A stretch of DNA of 59,195 bases, filler included, from Sphacelaria rigidula (Eukaryota), in assembly GCA_964200075.2 (NCBI GenBank). It is 7 parts of 7 records of this genome, joined end to end, with 100 filler letters (N's around TTAATTAATTAA, not from the genome) between each part and the next. Parts side by side here need not be neighbours in the genome. Positions count along the whole stretch, not along the records: positions 42,356 to 50,725 come from CAXNAA020011363.1; positions 50,826 to 59,195 come from CAXNAA020011364.1; 5 more parts are not named here. The stretch is one strand, 5' to 3'. Shown piece after piece: positions 49,240 to 59,195 of the stretch. The position numbers and the translations under genes are program-made. A model generated the notes under the pieces. The model worked only from the letters and a program-made list of their open reading frames with translations, did no database searches and was not told where the DNA came from. The stretch's first letter is position 1. Each line of letters begins with the position of its first letter.

Positions 49240-50480
49240 GGGGTGACGCAATTCGAAAATATATGAAGAGAGGCTGTTGTATCTCAAAGTACAGTAGTGA
49301 TCGTGGCTGTACAAAACATCACATGTGTCATCGGATGGTGGCGCCGGATAAGGTTCACCAACTTGAGTAACACGGATGTGGAGGTTGTACAATGGTTGAG
49401 CCGCAATAATTTCGACGTGTGTGGCATATGCGTATGGATGCGACATGAGCTGAAGGTAATGTTGAACCCTGTTGTACGTTTGGTCGGGACAACCAGCAGT
49501 CCGTATCTTTTCGAAATTAGAGCCATTTGCGTATCGGAGACCGGAACAGACTTGGAACATCTCTTCCTCGGGTAGAGTAGTGGAAAGTGTGAGTGGGTGG
49601 CAGAGGTGGGCGCGACGGACACACGTCGTTCGGAAATATGGGAATTCGGACGGAGACTGACGGCGGAACCGCCGGCGTAGGACATGTGTGGTATTCCCGA
49701 GGTGTGAGAGTGCGAAATAGCTCTCGTGCCACAGACACGACAACGGGAGATACTCCCCGGAAATTGGAATGCGTGCAACATTCTTGGCATGTTATTTGTC
49801 ACTTGGGAAGCTCGCGGGCATGTTCTTTCAGTACTTCGCTTTTTCCCTGCACATGCGAGTCTGCACTTCTCCGGACTAAAGACTGGGTTTTGGCTGGCGG
49901 TTGGAATGCGTGGAACATTCCTGGCATGCTCTTTCTCACTTGGGAAGCTCGCGGATATGTTTTTCCAGTGCTTCGCCTTTTCGCTGCACGTGATGGTTGC
50001 GTTTTTTTTTTAAAGCCGGCCGACAGTTTCACCGGGCCCTTTCCATGGGTCTTATTTTTCACCGGGCCATTTCCCAACAGGGTAATTGTGTTTTGTGGCA
50101 AAACATTCCTGTGCTGCCGTGGTGCAGTGCCTTGTTCAACTCGCCAACGGCCCATTGCACGGTCTTGTGTTTGCTGGTGACTAATGCCAAGGCAATGTTC
50201 AATCATTTTCAACTGCTTTGCTCTTATGTCCTCGTGACATTGGCGGCATGACCGGTGTGTTCGCGCTCCCAAATTAACGAGAACCCGACAAAGAGAAACA
50301 AGGGAGGGAAATATCTCGCCAAATTTTTCCATGATCTTCAAGAGACTTTCGTGGTTGGGGTTCCTGTTTCAACTCTTCATGATCTTGAAAAGGCTTTTGT
50401 GGTTTGGGATCGACAGCCCGCGGAAAAGGGCCAGTTTGAGCGACTTTCGGTGGCCACAACACGCGCCGCAGGTATCAGAT
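49240..50480 (-). pseudogene. Degenerate ORF ending in an OTU-like cysteine protease domain, probably transposon- or virus-derived
   Basis: HYLQLMSHPYAYATHVEIIAAQPLYNLHIRV...CDVLYSHDHYCTL fits the OTU C-terminal pattern (Y...M......E+.A...LY...I.V...Y...HY). A frameshifted LFRS remnant lies upstream. Further upstream is an intronless, Cys/basic-rich region with stops and a 137-bp-offset duplication (49764 and 49901). Confidence 0.6.
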
Positions 50481-50650
50481 GACACCCAAACCTGAACGGT
50501 AATGTACCGCTGAACCTTCCTAGTTCGCTGCACAAGAAAGCGCGGGAAAACATGCCTTGCCGCTAGAGAAAACTCGGCAAAAGTGGCGAAGAATGTGAAA
50601 TAATACATGTACATATATATCCATGAACATAGATGAAGATATACCTATAC

Positions 50651-50652
<2 letters not shown>

Positions 50653-50725
<73 letters not shown>
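50653..50725. repeat. (TAT)n microsatellite at the contig end
   Basis: Directly visible. Confidence 0.95.
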
Positions 50726-50825
50726 NNNNNNNNNNNNNNNNNNNNNNNNNNNNNNNNNNNNNNNNNNNNTTAATTAATTAANNNNNNNNNNNNNNNNNNN
50801 NNNNNNNNNNNNNNNNNNNNNNNNN
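50726..50825. other. Artificial contig linker
   Basis: N44-TTAATTAATTAA-N44. Confidence 0.98.
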
Positions 50826-50869
50826 GTGACCATTGACCACGCATCCCTTTCGAAACGGAGCACCGCTCC

Positions 50870-52453
50870 TACTCCTAATAGAGATACCTCTCACATTCTG
50901 GCGCTCATTACGTTTCTTCCGCAGCTCACACACTCACACACACATACTCCAGGGGGGCGCCAATCCCTGGTTGGCGAACGAGCAAGTTACGACTGCGGTG
51001 CACATGTTTGCTGTGAACCGCGCCCACGACGAGGCGATGAAACTTTCCGGGGCAGCTCCTTCGACGCTGGACCACGTACGGTGTGCTCCCCACCATATGT
51101 AGCAGGAACTACGACTTTGTTAGAACGCGGTGGATCACTGTGCTGTCTGAATGGATCCTTGTCATTCGGCACAAAGCGTTCTTAACTCAGCACCGTCCCT
51201 CCCTACTCCTTTGCTGATAATGCCCTGGGCTGGTGTCTGTCCAAGTCACCAAGTTTGGCTATACACCCTTGAGCTGTGCTGCCAACATCGGCATTCTGAT
51301 ATCAGTCTCGTTCCTGCTGGCCGCGGGGGCTAGCGACAAGTGTTATGGTCGCGTCTAGGCGCTTCTTCTCTGTGGATGGCAGTGGAGAATGGCCATGAGA
51401 ATATTGTGCGCATGCTCGTGGACGCTGGTATGGTGATCGGCGGGGGTTCAGCGGTAATCCTGGGAGCAATGTGTCGCGCATCCGCGAAGCGACAGGCTAG
51501 AACCCTCGACATGCTGCTTGATATACAGGTCGAAGCAAGGAAGAAGTATTAAAGTCGGCAACTTGCCGAATACATCCCGATTCTTCACCATGCGGCCATG
51601 CACGGGTCACTCGCCACGGTGCATGTTTGTCTCGCGGCCGGTGCGGACGAAACTTCCGCCAACGGCACAGGATTGCGTGCGAGCCAACTTATGGGAACGA
51701 ACTCCCCGCCAAACACCCAGAACCAAGCGAAGCTGGGACAAGCCGTCGGTCGAGTGCTCCAGCGGGAACCCGCGTTCCGTGCTCTATCTTGGGCGTGGCC
51801 TCCTAAGACGGATGCTGCTGGTGCCGTTGCCTCTGTGGCCACGGCCCTACCCGCCGGCAGGAAGCTGAAGGCTCGTGTTCGCGTGTTTAGGCTAAGGAAT
51901 GATGACGATAGGTTCTCCACGACACGCTTTGCCAGGTGAGGCACCGATGTTTTGTTTTTGCGCCGACACGTGGCCGAAGGAGCGTCCACCGGTGTGCGAC
52001 ATCCCGTTGGTGTTGGAGGTTTTGGTCGGTCGCTGAGCCCCACGCGGACATCATTTGGTAAAGACGCAGAACCGTTGCGTGTATGCTCCTTCCACTTCGG
52101 GGGGGAATGGTTACTGGGACGTTGAACTTTAAAATGTGGCAAGTTCGAACGTTCAAACTTTCCAGACATCCGTTCACCTCGAAGTACACGTATAGTGCTC
52201 CAGTTCCCTGGATCCCCTGGATCTAGTTCAAACTCTTGATTCCACAAAATGACGAACTTCTGGAAATATCGTGCTTGGCTACCCTCATGTGATCTGCTCG
52301 CTCGGCTTCAACTGTTTACTACTGCTGTTTATCGCTCTTGCCTGGTCTGGCAGGTATTCTCAGAAATTACGGAAACCGGAACACGTTCCTCTGGGGGCGC
52401 GTGGCAAGACATGTTGCGCGACATGTTCCAGGGCGCGGGGCTACTTTCCTTGA
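50870..52453 (+). pseudogene. Ankyrin-repeat pseudogene, tandem paralog of 55273-57092
   Basis: Exon-1 remnant GGANPWLANEQVTTAVH...AHDEAMKL..AAPSTLDH (about 50950-51075). Exon 2 (about 51246-51935) has FGYTPL, SSLWMAVENGHENIVRMLVDAG and REPAFRALSWAWP, with a frameshift near 51350 and a TAA near 51550. Exon 3 begins at 52354 (RYSQK). The 5' end is cut by a family A repeat and the contig end. Confidence 0.85.
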
Positions 52454-54674
52454 GACCTAGCAACGTGGTGTGGGGCTGCTGCAGTGCTTGCTTGATTTAG
52501 CAAACGCCTCAAGTACACAAAAATGAGCTTTTCTCGTGCGAGAAATTTACAGTCTCTCATCCATTCCAAGCGGGTGCCCTATGTACTGTGTTTATCTCAG
52601 TCAATTGTCCTGTGGATTGTTTGCTGTGTCAATGCGTTTTGAAGGTCCTTCACGTGTGTCTGGGGTGCAAGAGCCCAGGTGTGTATGGGGCGCACGGCCG
52701 TGACCCCAAAATACCAGAGGGCAATCGAAGCTCTGTACTAAATTACGTCAACGCTGCGTAGGAATGGGTGGGGACGAGGGATTTGCCTGGGATGTATATT
52801 GTTGGGTCTTTTTCCACGAGCGTTCATGAGTTGGTCATGAACGCTCCGTGAATTTGTCATTACCCTCTCGTGAGGCACTACAGAAACAAAGGGTCGGACT
52901 TGGAAGCTATTTTGCAAGGTAAGAACAGAGAGGGGAAAATGCACGCAGGAACAGGCGACGGAACGCCCTATGGTATTGGTTTCTGCGAGGTTCGCCCCAG
53001 CCATCGCTACGGATTTCCTGAGCGCTGTTGCACAAGCACATACGGCCGTGATATTGCTGACATTTCAATCTTTAGAACGTCCTCACAATACGTTGGGGCC
53101 CGGTGGTCCGTAAGCCTCTCCCGCGATCCTCACGTACTGCGTGCCGCTTTCCGGGGCGGTGATCTGACCACGCACTTGATAGCTATGGTTTTGTTTCGTC
53201 GCTCGCGAATTCACGCCACAATCTTGCGAACCGAAGATATCAACTGCGCGGACGTAGCCTATACCGCTTTCAAGTTCTTGATTGTGGCTCACGAATAATT
53301 ATGTAAATACAGTGCACCATCGTATGCAGCCCGGTCAAGCCCGTGGGCGAAGAAAAGACAGGAATGCGCGCAATCGAACGAAGAGGTTTCCAGCGTCCCC
53401 AGGTGGAACTACATAACGGCAGTCTGAGCTTCAAACGATTCCAGAGATTACCGGCACGCCATTTGTCTCATCTGGTACCAAGGACCTCCCGACGACGTCT
53501 CCCTCACCTCTGTGTGCATGTGCCATGTTCCACTGCTGTTTCGAAGCCACAATGCGAGTCCCAAGATGGCTTCGTGTTGCTCTCCCACGCAACACACTTC
53601 GCAACCGCAACCAAGCTTGATCACTGATCCCCATCGAGGTCGCTCAATTTGAATCTCTTTCAGAAATCTTCTCTGATGCAGCAATGAGAGATGATGGTGA
53701 GTTTACGGCTCGAACATGCTCCATTTGACTTGTGGTTGCATTGTCTGTATGTCAATGTGTGTGGATCTTCTTGGCAACGTTCGCAAATACAATGAGTAAT
53801 AGACTTTCGCTATGGTCACCATGTCGCATCTATCTCTTATTGCGAGGAGACTAGGACACTCCTACAAGCTGCCAACTCTCAAGTTGTGAAGAACATGGGT
53901 GTGTATTGCCGTCGTGCTGGGAGTGCGGAAGCCAAAATGCACGCCGATGACTTCAGAGCAATGCGACGGTAGGGGTGCACTTTTTGCGCGAAATCTTGTC
54001 TGGTTTAGGGGCTCCTACAGATTCTAGATGCACAAAAACATGGGTCAGGGCACCCCCGTTTGCAAATGAATTTGGGACATCCGTAGCACGTTGGACTAGT
54101 CATCCTAGCGTACTCTCACATATTTCATAGGTCGTGTTTTGGATGAGTTAAGGGGCTCGTAATAATTCAAACCCCAGAACATATTTGTGCACCCCTACCA
54201 TAGCATCCCTCGACACCATACACGCCACGATTGACGGAGCCCCAGTAGTCCTGCCCTTCCCTGCCCTACGCTCCTCGCCATTTTTGACACCGCAGCAGAA
54301 GGTGAGGGAGCTGAGAAAACGCGCGACTGAACCAGCATCTTACGAAACGGTGAGCATGGATGATTCCTCTTCATTGTTGCACAATGTACCATCTACCCTG
54401 ACCTTGAACCAGATTTGAACAGCCCGCTCCTCCATGCTGTCTAGCTGCTAACTAGACGTGTATGACCTCACCATCTAACGATACACCAAAACCCCTCAGA
54501 GGGGCCGCAAGGTCTCTACGTGCGGTCGTCGGGGTAGAGGAGTACGGCTTCATGCTAAAGTAGAGTGTGGTGGCCTTGCAGTGGTGTGGTGCTTTTTGCT
54601 TTTTGCAGAAGCACCGCAGTCCTGCTTTAAGATTGCGCTGAGGGTACCGTACACAGAATGTGCTCCACGTTGCC

Positions 54675-54843
54675 GAGAGAGCAGAGCCCCCGAATCGGCA
54701 CCACGCTTCAAGTTGTGGCTCAGCAGGGACATCTAGTCTATCTCAGAGAGCCGTAAGCGAGAGAGCAGAGCCCCCAATTGGCACCACGCTTCAAGTTGTG
54801 GCTCAGCAGAAGGATATTTAGTCTGTCTCCGAGAGCCGTGGGC
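54675..54843. repeat. About 84-bp tandem duplication upstream of the ankyrin gene
   Basis: GAGAGAGCAGAGCCCCC..AT.GGCACCACGCTTCAAGTTGTGGCTCAGCAG...GAGAGCCGT occurs twice. Confidence 0.9.
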
Positions 54844-55272
54844 GAAAGTTGAAACTGAAACGCAACGCACATGCGGCAGCTGTGAATGATTCTCATTTAT
54901 CCTGCTTCATGCCACTGCTTCGTTCACCCGGAGGTGACCTCGAGTAGTCATCGATGCGACCCAGTCAGATAATCGACCGAGACTGCACCTGAGCTTCCGC
55001 TTTTCTTTGCGCTGAGGTCGGACCACGAATATTTAACCTGCACAGATTTTTTCCGTGTATGGCGTTTTTTTCTCTCGGAACAGAACAGGCGATTGCCTTG
55101 TGCCAAGCGGGGCGGCAGCGAGGGTGACGGGTGCGAAAGTTTGGTGTCACGAGGGAGCTGGTGTGGGCGCGACCTCTCGACGCTACCTGTCAGGTCCTGG
55201 GGGTCTACCTCGACGTGGCACGGCGGTATTGGTCGTTCCCGCGCGTCTGAGCAACCCCCAAAGTTTCAGACG

Positions 55273-57092
55273 ATGAACCCTGAATTTGAGCTTAACCTGG
55301 AAGCGGGAATCGGAAACCTTCGTGCAATCGACCGGCTGCTGAGGGTCGGAGTGTGCGTCGATGGATCTGATGACCTCCCCACGAGGCCCCTAGTGATCGC
55401 TGCCGAACTGGGCCGGATCGACGCGCTCAAAATGCTGATCGGGCGAGGTGCCGACCTGGAAGCCGCCGTCCCTCAACAAACCCTCAACGACGACGGAATC
55501 GCCGTTATTCCTCTTGGATCGCGCGCCCTGCACGCCGCCGTCATCGGGCAACAAATCGACTCTGTACGCTGCCTCCTGACAGCCGGCGCAAAGCCTGATG
55601 TCATCAACTCAGAAGGCGATACGCCTCTGATGTTGGCATGGGATTCGCCGGAGATAACCGCAGAGCTCTTGAAGGGGGGCGCCAACCCCGCTTTTGCGAA
55701 CAACGATGGTACGATCGCGCTGCACGTGCATGCGTTGAACGGCGCCCACGACGAGGTGATGAGGCTTCTTGTCGAGGCCGCTCCTCCCACAGTGAACCAG
55801 GTGGGCTCGCCTCGGGGTGTGGCAGGGGGCACCGCAGCTTCGTGTAGACGAGCGCGTCGAATTGCCGCGGCGCGTCTGAAAAGCTCCTCCTGGTCGCCGA
55901 CACATGGCATTCTTGGCTCATCATCGTCCCTCCCTACTGCTTCGCTGATTCCATTCACTGCCTTTGACCCTTTTACCCACTCCATGCTGGCTCCATGAAC
56001 TCCTTTTTCCCAGCGCAACGACTTCGGTTACACGCCTTTGTGTTATGCTGCGGAAGAGGGCAACGAGGTGGCCGTCGCGCTCTTGCTGGCCGCGGGGGCT
56101 AGAGACAGGGATGTTCAGGTGCACGGGGGCATGTCTTCTCTTTGGACGGCAATGGACGAAGGTCACGAGAACGTCGTGCGCATGATAGTTGACGCTGGCA
56201 TGGGCGTGATCGGCGGAACGATGGCCCTCTTGGGAGCTATGTGCCGCGCATCGGAGAAGCGGCAGGCGAGAACCCTCGACTTGCTGCTTGGTGTGGAGGG
56301 AGAGGCGAGGAAAAAGCGCTGGGCCCGAGAAGTCGCGGGCAATCTCCCGATTCTTCACCACGTTGCCATGCACGGGTCGCTCGCCGCGGTGCAAGTTTGT
56401 CTCGCGGCCGGCGCGGACGAACATTTCGTCAACGGCACAGGAGTCAGGGCCAGCGACCTTGCCGGAATGTACGCTCCGCCAAAGATGAAGAATGCAGACA
56501 AGCTCAGCGATGCCATTCGTCGATTGCTCCAGCGGGGACCTGCGTGCCGTGCCCGGTCTTGGGTGTGGCCGCCGCTCAACGCACATGCTGCCGGCGGGAA
56601 GCCGAGACCTCCTACGGCTGTTGCCGTTCGCGTGTTTCGGCCGAGGAACAATCGGTTGTTCATGACACGCTTTGCCCGGTGAGAAAAGGGACTTATTGTT
56701 TCCGCAGATGATTGTTGCGTGGGCGACAGAGCCTTCGCTGTTGTGCGATGTTTGGTTGGTGCTGAAAGTAACAGACGATTGGTCGCTGTGCCCAGGCCGA
56801 CAGTGTTTGGTGAGCAGGCGGGACATTTGCTCGTGTGGCATGCATGTTTACTCTTTCGGGGAAGGACTGTCAGGACGTTAAGCTGCGCAATAGAGCAAGT
56901 ACGAACTCTTCAGACATAGTGGTCCCGTCTCTCTGATGCCCCGGTTCTAGTTCAAACTGCAGATTTCAGACCGGCGAGACTGGTGTATCTTAGGGTATGC
57001 CACCCTCGTGTGTGGTATCCGCTTGCGCGGGTTTGACTCCTCGCTGCTGTTGTCCTTCTCCCCTCCCTCAAGCCAGGTATTCGCAGAAGTGA
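55273..57092 (+). CDS. Ankyrin-repeat protein, about 402 aa, three coding exons, with C-terminal RGPA.RARSW.WP motif
   Basis: Exons 55273-55800, 56014-56678 and 57077-57092 (RYSQK stop) with canonical splice sites and phases 0 and 2. Ankyrin repeats include PLVIAAELGRIDALKMLIGRGADLE, ALHAAVIGQQIDSVRCLLTAGAKPD, GDTPLMLA and GYTPLCYAAEEGNEVAVALLLAAGA. Confidence 0.9.
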
Positions 57093-58175
57093 CCTCGGAG
57101 CAAAGCTTTGCTCTGGAGCGTGTGGCATAAGAAAATTTGCCGCGCGGGATGTCCATGGATGTTCATGGGCGGGGTGTTCTTGTTTGCAGCCCGAGATGGG
57201 TTGTGAAAGGGCTGCTAAAGTAGTGTTCGTTCCTTCAAGCGAACGCCTCAGCTGCCAAGAGAAGTTGCTCTTCTTGCGCAAGAACGAAAAGCTCTCGTGC
57301 ATGCCCGTTGGAATTGGAAGCGGCGTATGCTGATCTTATTCGTGTCGTATGATTGTTTTTATTGATAATTGTGTCGTTGTTGATGGGGGCCCCTCCGAGT
57401 GTGTATGGCGTCCAAGAGCGCCAGATATGCATGGTTTGTATGACCGTGACCCAGAAGAGCACAGGAAAAGCGCAGCCCTGCACTTGGCTACGCCAACACT
57501 GACTCTGGTATGGGTGTACGACTGCTTGGACTTGTAGATAGGTTTATTGCAATTATTCGGATATGGATTGGTGAAAGCAGTGTGGAAAAACAACAACACA
57601 CCGGTGTTGGTTGTTGCCAGCTTCGCCTCTAACTGGCGCTGCTTCTTTATTGGACGCTGCTGCATTCAGCGGTGTAGGCCGTAAAGTTTCAAATAAGTCT
57701 CAAGTTTTTAGTTGTGTATTTTCTCCTGAACGCTAAAGTTCACACAACTACTTTGTACCCGGTGGCCCTTGGCTCTCCCGCAGCCCCTACCTACCGACTG
57801 CCGCTGCTTTTCTAGGCGGTGAACATGCCAATAGCAATCCCGCTCAACTCTCGAGGTTACACTCTCGCACCTCAATCTTGCAAACCACAGACCTTCACTG
57901 CGCAACGCGCTCCTTCCTCTCAGTCAAACACTCTGTTGCCGGTGATTACGAGCAAAATTCCCACTGGTGTAGTGCACCGTCATACGTAGCCCGTCCACGT
58001 CAAGCTGGTCGCATGAAGGTATAAAACAGAACTCCAAAGCACCCAAAATCCTACGAAACTATCGCCCTCCGGCCCACAGGGGCAACAGCTGCTGCTGTTC
58101 TACGGTAGTCAAACGAGTTTAGAGATTCCCGGCATGGAATTCGCCCCAGTCTGCGTACCAACGCCAACGCTCCGC

Positions 58176-58379
58176 CTAAGCGTGTGTGCGTCGCGTTCCG
58201 CTGCTTCGAAACCAATCCCCGTCATGAGCAAAATGATCACGTCCCCTTGCCCTAGCTCCCTCCGACTGCGACATGCTTGTCTGGTCCTGGTCGCCTAGTT
58301 CTACCTGTTTCTCCGTGACCACTTCGCCGTGGATGGTGTAGGTCCTATAATCCTTCTGGGGGTCGTACTGTTGGACACA
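58176..58379 (-). CDS. Possible exon of an unidentified gene converging on the ankyrin gene
   Basis: Pyrimidine-rich tract and CAG acceptor, then open frame CVQQYDPQKDYRTYTIHGEVVTEKQV...; no family recognised. Confidence 0.3.
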   Translation of the reverse strand, partial: CVQQYDPQKDYRTYTIHGEVVTEKQVELGDQDQTSMSQSEGARARGRDHFAHDGDWFRSSGTRRTHA

Positions 58380-59195
58380 CTGTTGGACAACGTAGCAGCG
58401 CACACAGGGAGGCAAGACACCAGATTGAGAGAATGAGATAGCCTGCGGGGCAGGAGTCTTGATGCTAGATCCCGGGAATCTGTAGGGATCATGCGCAATT
58501 GCCACGTTTTCGCGCAAGGCACTATCGCGGGGCAGGAGCGAGTAGCACAACAAGCCACGCACAGCAAGGGTAGAACGCCATCTGGGTTGGGTGCAAGGTA
58601 TGTCTTTGACTATCACCCTTTCGTAGAGGCAAGATCTGGGAAACGGTACACATGTCCCATGAGACAGGTCAGACAAACGAGAAACAAGGCCTTAGCACGG
58701 AAGGAAAACAAGGTAAAACCAGCCTGCCCCACGAAATGATAACCATCACAAAACCCTCGTCATTGCTTCGCTTCGTACCGTTTCCCATCGACTCGCCGGA
58801 ATATGTGCTTGTTTCTTTCGTTCCACCTTCACTCCACGATCTGGAAACATGGGAACATGGGAACATGGGTGGGAGCATGGGAACTTCACGCGACACGAAC
58901 AACAAGGAGGACACAGGACAACACACACTTTAGAGTCAACCAGTCGTCTGGCTGTCACGATTGAATGACGTGCTTGACTAGCTACCAGTTGTAGCTGGTG
59001 TGTGTGGCATTGAAGAGAACCCGTAAAGCTAAATAGTGGTAACGAGATGGCAGGTTAGCACTGAAAATGCGAAAACTGCAGAGCAAATTGTGACAAAAGG
59101 CAGAGCAGCCTTCGACCTGCTGCTCACGCTCACAAATAACAGGGTTGCCAGAAAATGAGAACGTATTTTGAAATGAGAATCAACCGCTCCCCGGG

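Noticed and set aside
52870-54301. Possible extra exons between the ankyrin copies (GSDLEAILQ/GTAAG; ASLDTIHATIDG...QQK/GTGAGG)
   Set aside because: Isolated splice-like signals that could not be linked to a gene model.
55473-56841. Long minus-strand ORFs (181 and 306 aa)
   Set aside because: They are antisense shadows of the GC-rich ankyrin exons.

Overview
This is eukaryotic, repeat-rich, long-intron DNA, most likely from a brown alga (Phaeophyceae; inferred from gene families and intron style). The window is not one locus. It is seven unrelated contigs of 8372, 8372, 8371, 8370, 8370, 8370 and 8370 bp joined by artificial N44-TTAATTAATTAA-N44 linkers. Contig 1 holds a decayed Ty3/Gypsy pol whose YLDD region is interrupted by a 227-bp TGT...ACA mini-transposon. 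Contig 2 holds several exons of a minus-strand protein kinase. Contig 3 is mostly MITEs and foldback elements. Contig 4 holds the last three exons of a trehalose-6-phosphate phosphatase. Contig 5 holds four exons of a DNAAF1/LRRC50-like LRR gene. Contig 6 holds nested non-autonomous elements and an OTU-protease relic. Contig 7 holds an intact ankyrin-repeat gene and its tandem pseudogene. The most unusual structure is at 45274-46920: a TIR-bounded insertion filled with about 24 units of about 42 bp, each built as CAATATATATTG-N6-CAATAT(G)-N17/18 with mostly non-identical spacers. It superficially resembles a dual-repeat guide array, but no effector gene is present, so a helically phased protein-binding array in a transposon is the simpler reading.
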